Notes under the pieces: generated by a model
Told to the model about the DNA's origin: nothing
What the model saw: only the letters and a program-made list of their open reading frames with translations
Database searches by the model: none
Position numbers and translations under genes: made by a program
Assembly (NCBI GenBank): GCA_040768485.1
Contig: JAXGMU010000010.1
Coordinates: forward strand, 1,477 to 65,476
Direction: 5' to 3'
Origin: Bacteroidales bacterium
Lineage (GTDB): Bacteria > Bacteroidota > Bacteroidia > Bacteroidales > GCA-2748055
Length of the DNA: 64,000 bases
Part shown: positions 17,426-26,201 of the stretch, in pieces
Layout: every line of letters begins with the position of its first letter
How positions within the stretch are numbered: the stretch's first letter is position 1

Positions 17426-17583
17426 TCCCTGACTTACTGAGAAGGGACGATGATAACCTGAATCCTGCCTGTCATTTACTTATAGCGGTGAATGGTCAAA
17501 AAATGCCGGAACCACCGAGTTAATTTCGTAAATTTCAATTTGTACGGATCTATTGAGTTTCGCGATATACACACCACCCGACA

Positions 17584-20500
17584 ATGAAAAAGATCTTCCC
17601 GTTTTTACTCGGTTTGTTCACCATGGCCACTGCTCCCTGCCAGGATCCGGGTCCGGTATTTCCCACAGTTAAAGATGCGCATCAGTCCCACAGGCGAATG
17701 ATTTTTCCGGATGTTCTGAAGAAGGTCCGTGAAATGAATGATCTGACCATGTTGCCGCCGGGAAACTGGGAGAACCGCATGGGGGAGGGACTCTACTGGT
17801 GGGGAGAGGAGACCGGTTACGTGTTCGGTACAAACCTCCGTGATGAAACAGGCTACGGACAGAAATTCATCGTGGATGGTTCTTACCAGATCCATGGTGC
17901 ATACTATTGGATCGGTTCTGCCACCGGGTCCAGCGGAAATGTCGCCTTCACAGTCTGGGACTGGGATGATGGCTCGGGAGCCCCGGGTAATGTTCTTGCC
18001 ACGAAAACCATTCCCCTGGCGGAGATAGAACCCAGCAGGACATTCGAGCCTGATCCCGATTATGAGGATTCGGAAGGTAATCCCTGGCCGCAGCCGGGCG
18101 CTTTCTACGTGGAGTTTGACGAGCCGGTGACGGTTACCGGTGATTACCTGATCGGAGCCAACCTGACCGGGCTGGATGACTGGGTCAACGATGCTTACGG
18201 ACTCGGGAATTATTCGTCGGATATCGGTGACGGAGGAGATTTTACCCTGGCATGGGTCTGCGGCAATGACGGATGGTATTCAACTGAAAGCATCGGTTAT
18301 TCCCTGGATATTGCGATTTTCCCGATGATTGATGCCATGGCACTGAACATGCATCAGGTGACACTGGTCGCTGAACCACCTGAAGGGGGCTCGGTGGAAG
18401 GAGCGGGAATGTTCGCGGGGGGTATGGCGGTGACTGTTCTGGCTGCGCCGGATCTGCCGGATTACGGTTTCCGCCACTGGGAAGATGCGATGGGGAACAG
18501 GGTCTCCGGTCAGAAGAAATATGTTTTTATCATGCCCCCGGAGGATATTGCGCTCACAGCTGTTTTCGAATCAATTGTCTTCGCGGGAGGGACAGGAACA
18601 GAAGCCGACCCATGGCAGATTGCCACGGCCGAACAGCTCGACTGGGTGCGCCAGTTTACAGGCGGGGAATACGGTGATCAGCATTTCATCCAGACAGATA
18701 ACATCGACCTGGATACTCCGCCATATAATGAAGATGAAGGCTGGATTCCCATTGGAAAATACATGGAAGAATATTTCTGCGGCTCATACGACGGAAATGG
18801 TCATACCATTGAGGGCCTTTATATTAATCGTCCCTTACATGATGACCAGGGATTATTCGGTTTTACATACCTGGCCGATATATCCAATCTGAGCCTTACA
18901 GGTGTCGATGTTATCGGTGACGAGTATGTAGGCGGACTGGTCGGGTTTTGTTATGAGTCAGAGATCAGGAACAGCTCCAGTGCAGGCAGTGTGAGCGGCC
19001 AGAGTTATATAGGGGGACTCATCGGTGGCCTGGTTGAAAGTGTCAACCTTGAATACTGTCATACCACCGGTGAAGTAAACGCTGAAGGCAACTGGGCGGG
19101 TGGCCTGGTTGGCCTGGTCATGGACAACAGTTCGATATCAGAATGCTTCTCGACTTCCAGTGTGCACACCGATGGATATTCTGCCGGGGGACTCACTGGA
19201 ACAATTGAATATGACTGTGCCATAAGAAACTCCTATGCAACAGGGAGTGTCCATGGATCACAATGGATCGGAGGGATGACCGGATGGGTGGAACAGGGTA
19301 CGATCACGAATTCCTATTCCCTCGGATCTGTTTCCAGCGAAACGGGTACCAATACCGGGGGACTCGTAGGGAATGGCACCGATATGGATGTAATCCATTC
19401 ATACTGGAATACGGAAACCAGCGGAATGTCTGAAAGCGTGGTTGGTGAGGGAAAATCCACCACGGAGATGATCAGCGGGGCGACTTACGGTGACTGGGAT
19501 TTTGCGGGTATCTGGAGCATTGTGGAAGGGGAAACCTATCCGTATCTGCAGTGGCAGGGCGGGCCCGGGACGCATAACTACCCGGAGGGCCTGTTTGAGC
19601 TTACGCTCCTTATCAGTCCCCAAGGTTGGGGCAGGGTTGAAGGAGAAGGCAGCAAAGTGGCAGGGGGACAGATACCCGTGTCGGCCGCTGCCAACTACGG
19701 GTATCAGTTTGTGAAATGGACCGGTGAAGGAGGCGGAACCATCAGTACCGATCCTGATTTCAGTTATACGATGCCTGCGGAAAATGTGACCCTCACTGCG
19801 AATTTTGAGGTTGATGCGGAAGCGGTGGGCTTTCGCACGATCACCGATATTGACGGTAACGAGTACCGGACCATCATCATCGGGGACCAGGAATGGATGG
19901 CCGAAAATCTACGTACCACAAAGTACAGAGATGGCAGCACCATTGCCGGCAAATCGGTCCAGCCCCACGTAGATGTGTACGGTATCAATTCAGAAGCAGA
20001 GATGGCAGCTGTTTACGGCAGGCTGTACGACTGGTATGCCGTGGATCATGCTGGTGGATTGTGCCCGGATGGCTGGCATGTGCCTTCCCACGACGAGTGG
20101 ACACAACTCACCGATTTCCTGATCAACAATTATGCCGGCGTCGAATGGAACAACCTGGGGACCGTACTCCGGTCGTGCTGGCAGGAGGACTCGCCCCTGG
20201 GCGGGGACTGTGCAAGAAAGATGCATCCGCGATGGGATGGGGATGACTCCTATTACGGCACGGATGATTTCGGTTTTTCTGCACTTCCGGGCGGTTCGCG
20301 GAGCACGACCGACGGCTCCTTCGACGGCCTTGGTGAACAAGCCAGCTGGTGGACCTCAACAGAAACTTCCACACATGTCTGGGGCCGGGGCATCAGCAAA
20401 GACATGGGAGGCATGGGCACCATCTCGGCATACTTCAAGACACTGCGGTTCAGTGTCAGGTGTATGCGGGAGATATCCGGTTACACACTGACCCTGAGGG

Positions 20501-20979
20501 TTGATCCTGCCGGTGCCGGCAGTGTCCAGGGGGCCGGCGATTACGGGGGAGGTGACCTGGTAAGCCTGACCGCGACCGCAAATGAAGGGTACAGGTTCGT
20601 CAGATGGAAGGATCACCAGGAAAATGAGGTGAGCGATCAGCAGAGCTTTGGTTATACCATGCCCAACCACAATGAGATCCTGACCGCATATTTTGAAACG
20701 TCACCGGCCGGTATGCGGACCGGTGAAACGGACAGGATAAAGGTTTATCCCAATCCGGCCGTCGAAGAATTATGGATCGAATTGAATCACCCGGGGCATG
20801 AAGGAATGGTAATTGTATTGCAGAACCTCCATGGACAGACCGTGAAACAGGTGCCTGTCCTCGAAACCGGCGCACTGCGAATACGCATGGACACGCATGA
20901 TCTGCCACCTGGTGTGTACCTGATTTCCGTCCCGGAAGAACATCTTTACCCTGTGATGAAGGTGATCATCGGGCACTGA
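17584..20979 (+). CDS. Large multidomain T9SS-secreted surface protein (InlB-B-like repeats, GLUG-motif region, Fibrobacter succinogenes major paralogous domain)
   Basis: Signal peptide. Three VTL.A.P..GG.V.G.G....G..V.L.A....GY.F..W modules. Repeated GGL[VIT]G motifs (GLUG-like). DIDGNEYRTIIIGDQEWMAENL...YGRLYDWYAV...CPDGWHVPSHDEWTQL...GFSALPGGSR...ASWWTSTE (FISUMP domain). C-terminal KVYPNPAVEELWIEL...GVYLISV. Confidence 0.85.
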   Translation: MKKIFPFLLGLFTMATAPCQDPGPVFPTVKDAHQSHRRMIFPDVLKKVREMNDLTMLPPGNWENRMGEGLYWWGEETGYVFGTNLRDETGYGQKFIVDGSYQIHGAYYWIGSATGSSGNVAFTVWDWDDGSGAPGNVLATKTIPLAEIEPSRTFEPDPDYEDSEGNPWPQPGAFYVEFDEPVTVTGDYLIGANLTGLDDWVNDAYGLGNYSSDIGDGGDFTLAWVCGNDGWYSTESIGYSLDIAIFPMIDAMALNMHQVTLVAEPPEGGSVEGAGMFAGGMAVTVLAAPDLPDYGFRHWEDAMGNRVSGQKKYVFIMPPEDIALTAVFESIVFAGGTGTEADPWQIATAEQLDWVRQFTGGEYGDQHFIQTDNIDLDTPPYNEDEGWIPIGKYMEEYFCGSYDGNGHTIEGLYINRPLHDDQGLFGFTYLADISNLSLTGVDVIGDEYVGGLVGFCYESEIRNSSSAGSVSGQSYIGGLIGGLVESVNLEYCHTTGEVNAEGNWAGGLVGLVMDNSSISECFSTSSVHTDGYSAGGLTGTIEYDCAIRNSYATGSVHGSQWIGGMTGWVEQGTITNSYSLGSVSSETGTNTGGLVGNGTDMDVIHSYWNTETSGMSESVVGEGKSTTEMISGATYGDWDFAGIWSIVEGETYPYLQWQGGPGTHNYPEGLFELTLLISPQGWGRVEGEGSKVAGGQIPVSAAANYGYQFVKWTGEGGGTISTDPDFSYTMPAENVTLTANFEVDAEAVGFRTITDIDGNEYRTIIIGDQEWMAENLRTTKYRDGSTIAGKSVQPHVDVYGINSEAEMAAVYGRLYDWYAVDHAGGLCPDGWHVPSHDEWTQLTDFLINNYAGVEWNNLGTVLRSCWQEDSPLGGDCARKMHPRWDGDDSYYGTDDFGFSALPGGSRSTTDGSFDGLGEQASWWTSTETSTHVWGRGISKDMGGMGTISAYFKTLRFSVRCMREISGYTLTLRVDPAGAGSVQGAGDYGGGDLVSLTATANEGYRFVRWKDHQENEVSDQQSFGYTMPNHNEILTAYFETSPAGMRTGETDRIKVYPNPAVEELWIELNHPGHEGMVIVLQNLHGQTVKQVPVLETGALRIRMDTHDLPPGVYLISVPEEHLYPVMKVIIGH

Positions 20980-21069
20980 AGCGTTTGATCCTGCAGAGCA
21001 AAAGACAGCTCAATTCCGCAGGGTAGCCGACAGCCGCTTCGGCTTCAACAACAGGTCCCGGGCATCCGT

Positions 21070-21240
21070 GATGGAGGTGCAGACCACCTGGCTGATATAT
21101 CATTCCCTGATCATGAAATCCGGCGGAGAGATCAGCAGCCTGCCCGGTGATTATCCCTGGCACCTTTCGCGGAGGGCATCTATATCATCACGGTGCGTTC
21201 GCCGGAATATTTGGTGAACAGTAAGATCCTCAGGCAATAG
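21070..21240 (+). pseudogene. Frame-disrupted remnant of a T9SS C-terminal sorting domain
   Basis: One frame reads ...EISSLPGDYPW and stops. A shifted frame (21151-21240) reads LAPFAEGIYIITVRSPEYLVNSKILRQ*, the typical last strand of a T9SS CTD. No intact upstream ORF. It lies between the stop of the 1131-aa gene and the convergent gene stop. Confidence 0.35.
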
Positions 21241-21248
21241 GTCCGCCG

Positions 21249-23303
21249 TCAGCACGACCGGAATCCGTCCATGTCCTTGAAATCAACCTCGTATTGTTTT
21301 CCGTCCCGTAAGGTAACGGTGGCCCCCAGGGCTGAATGGGAGGGGGTCATTTCCATGATCTCCACATTCGAGACAGGCGCCAGCTCCTCCTCTGTCCAGT
21401 CCCTGTCATCCATCCGGTGCAGCAGCACGGTGATCATGAGCTCCATGGGAGGGTTTTTCTGAACCCGTTTCTTGCGGGCATAGATCACCGTGCTTTCGTC
21501 CGCTTCGGCATTCCTTCCCTCGTGCGTGAGGCTTTCCAGGGCGTCCCATCCGTGATAGGCGATCAGCGCCAGTCTCCTGCCCGGGATGGATGCGGTGATG
21601 ACCCTCCTCTGGCCGTCTTCGAATTGTCTGATCCCGGCTTGCCGGCCATCGAGGTGGGGCAGCCCGAAATGACCGAGCGTCAGTTCGTATTCGAAAGCAA
21701 GCCGGGAACGGTCCACCCGGATCACGCCCCCCGGGATCACGATCTCAGCCAGGTCAATGATGTATCCCACCCCGTTGTTGGGGGGCTTGCGCATGATGGC
21801 CTGCCTGTAAATCACATCGTTCCGCACCCCGTTGTACAGCATGCTCTGTGAAGCTGTAAAGTGTGCATTCTTCCCGGATAGGTTCTGTTCGGCGATCCCG
21901 GTCAGGTAAAAATTGATGTCATCCCCCCGCACATCGCGCGGATCCAGGCTGCGGAAGCTGTATTCCATGGAAGTGCCCCCTTCCGGATTGTGGTCCTCCC
22001 AGGGGAAATGCGTGTTGTAGACCAGTTTTGAATAGTTGTGGTCGTCATAGTACACTTTTCCCGGGATGATCTCGGAGGTGCCTGTCTTTCCATGATTGAC
22101 CAGCACCAGTCCGGGATTGTTCAGCACCTCCACATGGGAGTTTTCCCCGAGTTCCTTCCAAATGCCCTCATTCTCCCTGGCTGTCCAGAAGGGCGCATCC
22201 TCCGGCAGGGCAAGGGCGATGAATGGGATGAACATGATGAAGGGACTTGCTGCACAGCTGTAGTTCTGCAGTACATATTCCGTGTGCCTGTAAAAGCCCA
22301 GGCAGGGGACATCGTTGTGGAAAAATTCTTCCCTGGTCACGAACTGAAGGATCGATCCGGAACAGAGCCTCCTGGCCCACCCCGGGTCCACCGGCGACCC
22401 CTCCTTCAGCATGAAAGAGACCGTGAATCCCCCCGAGATCCATGTCCGGTAACAGATGCTCCTGGCCCACATGTTGATGTACCCGTCCCTGGCAAAGAAA
22501 TTCACGTAGGTCTTCATCAGCTTCCGTGCCGATTCCTCGATCGCTTCCGAAATCTCAGGGAAATACGTGTCCCCGAATGTCCTGTTCCAGATGGTCCCGT
22601 AAACGATGAACAGGCTGATGGTGTAATAATTATAGGTTTGCTCCAGGTACCAGCCGTCGCCCGAGTGGTAGGAGGTGACCCAGAGCAGGTGGCTCTTCAG
22701 CAGTTCCATGTCCACTTCATACCCGTGTTTTTTAAGGAAAGAAAGCGTGACAATATTAAAGATCCGCCAGTTGTTCTGGGTGGTCCTGTGATGTCCCCAT
22801 TTGGAGATGCATGCGGCCATTTCGTCTTTCTGTTCCTGCGTGTAGGTGGACCAGACGGTGTCCGGCATCAGGAGCAGGGTCTTGAAGAGTCCCCCGAATT
22901 CACAGGTGTACTGGTAGGTGGCATCGGGCAGTTCTTCGGGCAGGGGCAGCGAATTGGGGTGCCCGGGCGTGAATGTGTTGTAGATCTGCAGGCTGTAATA
23001 ATCCCGCAACCTGATGTTGTTGATGGTTACTCCGGGATCCACATGGATCAGCGGTGCGGCCAGGGTAAAAGATCTTTCAAGGGCTTCAAACTCCGCCGAA
23101 CGGTATCGCCAGTCAGGTGCACCGGGCTGCGGATAGGTCTTCCCGGGGACTTTCGGAAAAACGATGGGTGTCTCAAGCGAGTCCACATGTTTAAATGCCC
23201 TTCCCAGCACATATTTTGCGCAGTCGATGTAATGCTTTCTGGTCATTCCGGTAAACGGACTCAGATCGAAGTCCGGATCTTTTACTTCAAAGGCGTTTTT
23301 CAT
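21249..23303 (-). CDS. DUF2264-like protein (putative glycan-active alpha/alpha-toroid enzyme)
   Basis: 684-aa ORF starting MKNAFEVKDPDFDLSPFTGMTRKHYIDCAKYVLGRAF, which resembles N-termini of DUF2264 proteins as I recall them. No signal peptide. The family call is by recollection only. The 423-aa plus-strand ORF opposite is an artefact. Confidence 0.7.
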   Translation of the reverse strand: MKNAFEVKDPDFDLSPFTGMTRKHYIDCAKYVLGRAFKHVDSLETPIVFPKVPGKTYPQPGAPDWRYRSAEFEALERSFTLAAPLIHVDPGVTINNIRLRDYYSLQIYNTFTPGHPNSLPLPEELPDATYQYTCEFGGLFKTLLLMPDTVWSTYTQEQKDEMAACISKWGHHRTTQNNWRIFNIVTLSFLKKHGYEVDMELLKSHLLWVTSYHSGDGWYLEQTYNYYTISLFIVYGTIWNRTFGDTYFPEISEAIEESARKLMKTYVNFFARDGYINMWARSICYRTWISGGFTVSFMLKEGSPVDPGWARRLCSGSILQFVTREEFFHNDVPCLGFYRHTEYVLQNYSCAASPFIMFIPFIALALPEDAPFWTARENEGIWKELGENSHVEVLNNPGLVLVNHGKTGTSEIIPGKVYYDDHNYSKLVYNTHFPWEDHNPEGGTSMEYSFRSLDPRDVRGDDINFYLTGIAEQNLSGKNAHFTASQSMLYNGVRNDVIYRQAIMRKPPNNGVGYIIDLAEIVIPGGVIRVDRSRLAFEYELTLGHFGLPHLDGRQAGIRQFEDGQRRVITASIPGRRLALIAYHGWDALESLTHEGRNAEADESTVIYARKKRVQKNPPMELMITVLLHRMDDRDWTEEELAPVSNVEIMEMTPSHSALGATVTLRDGKQYEVDFKDMDGFRSC

Positions 23304-23328
23304 GATTAAATCTTGAAGAAGCGTTGGG

Positions 23329-23336
23329 CAAAGATA
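23329..23336 (-). promoter_or_regulatory. Bacteroidota-type -7 promoter box TAtcTTTG upstream of the DUF2264-like gene
   Basis: Plus strand reads caaagata, so the minus strand reads TATCTTTG. It lies 25 nt upstream of the minus-strand ATG at 23303. Confidence 0.4.
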
Positions 23337-23407
23337 GATTTTTTATAATTTATTCACCTTTAGCGGGGGGAGCGGAACCCGGTTCATCTGGCAACAAATT
23401 TGGAAAA

Positions 23408-25261
23408 ATGAAACAGCTTACTTACCTGATCCTGGTATGGTTGATCGCATCCTGCCAGCCGGACGGCGGACAGCCGGTCCGCGTGGAAGGCGACCTGAAA
23501 CAGTGGCACAGGGTAACCCTGGTGCTGGAAGGGCCCGGGACCTCCGAGGCGGATGTGGAGAATCCTTTCCTGGATTTCCGGGTGGATGTGCTCTTTTCAA
23601 AAGGACAAAAATCTTACAGGATTCCCGGCTATTACGCGGCGGACGGGAATGCAGGTGAAAGCTCCGCCACGGCGGGAAATGTGTGGAAGGTGCATTTCAG
23701 GCCTGATGAAACGGGCACCTGGAATTACCGCGTGTCATTCAGGAAGGGAAAGGATATCTCTGTGCTGGATGAAGAAGACCCAGGTGAGGGAGCGGGACCT
23801 GACGGGGCGAAAGGTTCGCTAGTGATAGGGGAATCGGATAAGAATGAGCCTGATTTCCGGGCGAAGGGAAGGATTGTCAATGGCGGGAAGGGATATTTCA
23901 TATTCCAGGGATCGGACGAGGTCTGGATCAAGAACGGGGCCGACAGCCCCGAAAATTTCCTGGCGTATGCAGATTTTGACCAGACATCCCGTTTCAGCCT
24001 GACCGAAGGGGTCAGGGAAGGGGAGGCGGATCCGAAAAAAAGTCTTCACCGGTATGATGCCCATACGGGGGACTGGAACGAGGGTGACCCGGGCTGGCAG
24101 GGAGGAAAAGGCAAAGGGATCATCGGTGCGGTGAACTACCTGGCGTCGCAGGGGGTGAATTCGGTCTACATGCTGACCATGAATATTATGGGAGACGGAA
24201 AAGATGTGTGGCCCTATACCGGGCATAACGAACGGTACCGGTTCGATTGCAGCAAGCTGGACCAGTGGGAGGTGGTATTCGACCATATGGAAAGGAAGGG
24301 GATCATGCTTCATTTCGTGCTCCAGGAAACCGAGAATGAATGCCTCCTGGATATGGGATATACCGATGTACAGCGACGGGTGTACCTGCGCGAGCTGGTG
24401 GCCCGTTTCGGTCACCACCTGGGGGTGACATGGAACCTGGGTGAGGAGAACGGACCGGCTTCCTGGACACCCATCGGGCAGACAGATGCACAGAGGAAGG
24501 CCATGGCTTCCTATCTGAAGCAGATCAATCCCTATCCATGCAATGTGGTGGTGCATACCCATTCGGACGACCGGCACCAGGATGAATACCTGGCTCCCCT
24601 GCTTGGATTCGAATACCTGGACGGTCCTTCCATGCAGGTGGGCAATCCTTCCCGGGTGCACGAGCGGATCAGCAAATGGGTGTACGAATCGGATGCGGCC
24701 CGTAAGAGGTGGATCGTGAACATGGATGAGATCGGTCCCCACTGGAAAGGGGTCATGCCCGATTCGTTTGATCCGGCCCACGATACTGTCCGCCGCCATT
24801 GCCTCTGGGGCGCACTCATGGCAGGCGGAGGGGGTGTTGAATGGTATTTCGGCTACCAGTACCCGCACAACGACCTGGACTGCGAAGACTTCCGCAGCCG
24901 GGAAGCCTGGTGGAAGCAGTCCACCCTGGCCACCGGGTTTATTGCCGGATTCCCGCTGGAGGAGATGGAATGCCGCGATGACCTGGTCGATGCTGAAGGG
25001 GCATATTACCTGGCAAAAGCGGGAGAGATGTATCTGGTGTACCTGCCCGCCGGATGGGATTCAACCCGCCTGGATATAAGGGTTCTGCAGGGAGATACCG
25101 CAGCTGACAATCTCAACGTTGCCTGGTTCGATCCCCGCAACGGCGGGGGACTGCAGGAAGGAAGTGTGGCCTCTATCTCCGGAGCCGGGATCCATGATCT
25201 TGGAATGCCTCCTTCATCCCCCGGGCAGGACTGGGTGGCGGTGGTGAAGAACTATCGTTAG
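23408..25261 (+). CDS. DUF5060-like N-terminal domain plus TIM-barrel glycoside-hydrolase-like protein, lipoprotein
   Basis: MKQLTYLILVWLIASC signal. Then WHRVTLVLEGPG...NPFLDFRVDVLFSKG...RIPGYYAADGN...WKVHFRPDETGTWNYRVSF (DUF5060-like Ig fold). Then VWPY..., LGEENG and WYFGY blocks. First ATG is 23408; the track start is TTG 23324. Confidence 0.75.
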   Translation: MKQLTYLILVWLIASCQPDGGQPVRVEGDLKQWHRVTLVLEGPGTSEADVENPFLDFRVDVLFSKGQKSYRIPGYYAADGNAGESSATAGNVWKVHFRPDETGTWNYRVSFRKGKDISVLDEEDPGEGAGPDGAKGSLVIGESDKNEPDFRAKGRIVNGGKGYFIFQGSDEVWIKNGADSPENFLAYADFDQTSRFSLTEGVREGEADPKKSLHRYDAHTGDWNEGDPGWQGGKGKGIIGAVNYLASQGVNSVYMLTMNIMGDGKDVWPYTGHNERYRFDCSKLDQWEVVFDHMERKGIMLHFVLQETENECLLDMGYTDVQRRVYLRELVARFGHHLGVTWNLGEENGPASWTPIGQTDAQRKAMASYLKQINPYPCNVVVHTHSDDRHQDEYLAPLLGFEYLDGPSMQVGNPSRVHERISKWVYESDAARKRWIVNMDEIGPHWKGVMPDSFDPAHDTVRRHCLWGALMAGGGGVEWYFGYQYPHNDLDCEDFRSREAWWKQSTLATGFIAGFPLEEMECRDDLVDAEGAYYLAKAGEMYLVYLPAGWDSTRLDIRVLQGDTAADNLNVAWFDPRNGGGLQEGSVASISGAGIHDLGMPPSSPGQDWVAVVKNYR

Positions 25262-25348
25262 GTAGATGACTTCAGGACTTAACGGATCCGTACGAAGTTA
25301 AATCCCGGTTAAAATCTATTTATTTAGAATTATCCTGAATACAGGGCC

Positions 25349-25356
25349 TACCTTTG
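25349..25356 (+). promoter_or_regulatory. Bacteroidota-type -7 promoter box TAccTTTG upstream of the peroxiredoxin gene
   Basis: Exact TAnnTTTG match, 24 nt upstream of ATG 25380. Confidence 0.4.
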
Positions 25357-25379
25357 TCCAGTACCAAACATCTGAACAA

Positions 25380-26123
25380 ATGAATCACATGATGAAAAAG
25401 ACGAGTTTGTTGGTGGCGGCCACGTTCATTTGCCTGGTGGCGCGGTCACAGGGTGAGATCCCGCTGCTGGGAACCGAAGCCCCTTCGTTTAAGGGTGTAA
25501 CGACAAACGGGGACCTGGAATTCCCGGAGGATTTTGGAGATCACTGGAAGATCCTGCTGAGTCACCCGAAGGATTTCACACAGGTCTGCACTTCGGAGAT
25601 CCTGGCCCTGGCTCAGATGCAGGAAGAGTTTGAGGATCTCGGTGTGAAACTGGCAGTCATTTCCACAGACGATCTGAGGTCCCACTTCGAGTGGAAACGC
25701 TTGTTGGAGGACATCCTTCTGGAAAACGGGAATCCGGTGACGATCGAGTTCCCTTTTATCGAGGATAACACCGGACGGATCTCGAACAAATACGGGATGC
25801 TGCATGCCTGGGAGATACCCACCCGGGATGTCAGGGGTGTGTTCATCATCAGTCCCGACAACATCATCCAGAGCGTTAATTTCTATCCCCTCAATATCGG
25901 AAGGAACATGGAGGAAATCAAGCGGGTGGTGATGGCCCTGCAGACCTCGGAAGAGGAACAGGTGTACATCCCTGCCAACTGGGAACCGGGAGATGATGTG
26001 ATGATGCGATACATTCCTTATTCTGAACAGGAACTGGCCGAGAATCCGGATCTGAAGGAGCAGTATTATAAGGTCGGCGTGAATATGTGGTTTAAGAAGA
26101 GTGAAGCAACCGGATCGGAATAA
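25380..26123 (+). CDS. Peroxiredoxin (Prx6/1-Cys-like, AhpC/TSA family) with an N-terminal signal peptide
   Basis: PKDFTQVCTSEI corresponds to the peroxidatic Cys block (PxDFTxVCTTE). Length of about 220 aa follows a hydrophobic leader MMKKTSLLVAATFICLVARSQG. Confidence 0.85.
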   Translation: MNHMMKKTSLLVAATFICLVARSQGEIPLLGTEAPSFKGVTTNGDLEFPEDFGDHWKILLSHPKDFTQVCTSEILALAQMQEEFEDLGVKLAVISTDDLRSHFEWKRLLEDILLENGNPVTIEFPFIEDNTGRISNKYGMLHAWEIPTRDVRGVFIISPDNIIQSVNFYPLNIGRNMEEIKRVVMALQTSEEEQVYIPANWEPGDDVMMRYIPYSEQELAENPDLKEQYYKVGVNMWFKKSEATGSE

Positions 26124-26163
26124 CCTTGTTGGATAATTTCCTGCCTGGCAAGAGATGAATGTG

Positions 26164-26171
26164 TATCTTGG
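26164..26171 (+). promoter_or_regulatory. TATCTTGG box (near-consensus -7 element)
   Basis: 30 nt upstream of ATG 26202. It belongs to the recurrent TATCTTG set. Confidence 0.3.
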
Positions 26172-26201
26172 GGATATATTTATTCACTTAAGAATTCATC
26201 C

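Noticed and set aside
22038-23309. 423-aa plus-strand ORF
   Set aside because: It is antisense to the DUF2264-like gene. It has low-complexity composition rich in G, P, R and V, no start context and no motif.
23819-24868. 349-aa minus-strand ORF
   Set aside because: It is antisense to the DUF5060-like gene and has no recognisable domain. Same compositional artefact.
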